Below, piece after piece: positions 63,479-64,000 of a stretch of DNA of 64,000 nt. This DNA comes from a virus. The position numbers were made by a program, and so were the translations under genes. The notes under the pieces were generated by a model that saw only the letters and a list, made by a program, of their open reading frames with translations, ran no database searches and was not told the DNA's origin. The stretch is taken from the IMG/VR virus record IMGVR_UViG_3300030108_003689, positions 10,613 to 74,612 of that record. One strand, written 5' to 3'. Position 1 is the stretch's first letter. Each line of letters opens with the position of its first letter.

Positions 63479-63835
63479 ATTACACCCATCACTAATCGTC
63501 AAATGTCCGCTCGGCTTCGCAAGCTGGGCTTCCGCAAGTCCCGCTTCCAAATGAGCCGCAATGGTGTGAGCTTCGAGCATCCCGATGCATCGGCGCTGTT
63601 CACCTTCGGCAAGCACCCTGAAAGCAGCGTCATGGTCACCGCGCCCGACAACCCTGGGTGGTCGTTCGCCTTCCTGACTGAAGACACCTGGGACCGCATC
63701 CAGCGCAACCCTTGGGTAGTCCTGCCATGGGAGGAGCCCAAGGACGGGGTAGAGCAGCCCCTGTGCCACCGTGAGATTCTACTGTGCTGGGCTCGCGCCT
63801 TCGCCGCCATGCTCGCCGAGTCGGGTGAGGAATAG
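63479..63835 (+). CDS. Early hypothetical protein (ATT 63479 or ATG 63503 start)
   Basis: Perfect AGGAGGT at 63467-63473 precedes in-frame ATC/ATT; coding-like downstream. Confidence 0.65.
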   Translation: MTPITNRQMSARLRKLGFRKSRFQMSRNGVSFEHPDASALFTFGKHPESSVMVTAPDNPGWSFAFLTEDTWDRIQRNPWVVLPWEEPKDGVEQPLCHREILLCWARAFAAMLAESGEE

Positions 63836-63863
63836 GCCAACCGGCCCCCCCATACTGACAGAC

Positions 63864-63893
63864 TTGACACCCCGAACCAAACAAGTGTATAAG
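63864..63893 (+). promoter_or_regulatory. Sigma70-type promoter
   Basis: TTGACA-18 nt-TATAAG. Confidence 0.55.
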
Positions 63894-63902
63894 GAGATTC
63901 TG

Positions 63903-64000
63903 ATGAGCGATACACACACACAGCCCAAGGTTGACTTCATCCACAATCAAGTAGAGAACAGGCTGCAAAGCCTGCGCTCTCTTCTGGAGGGTGAGTACGC
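63903..64000 (+). CDS. Hypothetical protein, 3' truncated by window edge
   Basis: AAGGAG then ATG AGC GAT...; open to the end of the window. Confidence 0.6.
   Translation, partial: MSDTHTQPKVDFIHNQVENRLQSLRSLLEGEY

Noticed and set aside
63895-63935. CTGATGAG near the window end as a hammerhead core
   Set aside because: It is the start codon context of the last ORF; no stem II or GAAA follows.
1-64000. Stop-codon reassignment, integrase, reverse transcriptase/DGR, DNA or RNA polymerase
   Set aside because: Genes are intact under the standard code and use all three stops; no motifs for these enzymes were seen in this window, though they could lie outside it.

Overview
The window is most of a tailed dsDNA bacteriophage genome (probably podovirus-like; marine/environmental-type gene families; host unknown) with three blocks. 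(1) 1-8.8 kb, + strand: replication/recombination genes (Toprim primase fragment, VapE-like helicase, SF2 helicase, HTH repressor, YqaJ exonuclease + RecT, HNH), a tRNA-Asn, a DUF2589 pair and a structured intergenic RNA candidate. (2) 8.8-55.7 kb, - strand: late genes (lysis cassette, tail fibres, a 3434-aa polyvalent/ejection protein, an M23 protein, nozzle/adaptor, duplicated decoration proteins, major capsid, scaffold, portal, terminase, SSB, small basic proteins, RusA). (3) 55.76-64 kb: an abruptly GC-richer block with a 2.4-kb mostly non-coding control region followed by small early-type genes including ArdC. The most striking signal is in block 3: a cluster of sigma54 (-24/-12) promoter matches and repeats, then a hairpin + rrn-type boxA antitermination signal, a ~590-nt densely structured ORF-poor RNA, and two same-strand type III hammerhead ribozymes (identical loop I and matching loop II, fully different stems) that bracket ~5 kb of early genes. 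The same block also has UUCG hairpins, pseudoknots and an iteron-like repeat cluster. All structure calls were made by eye; no database searches or folding computations were run.
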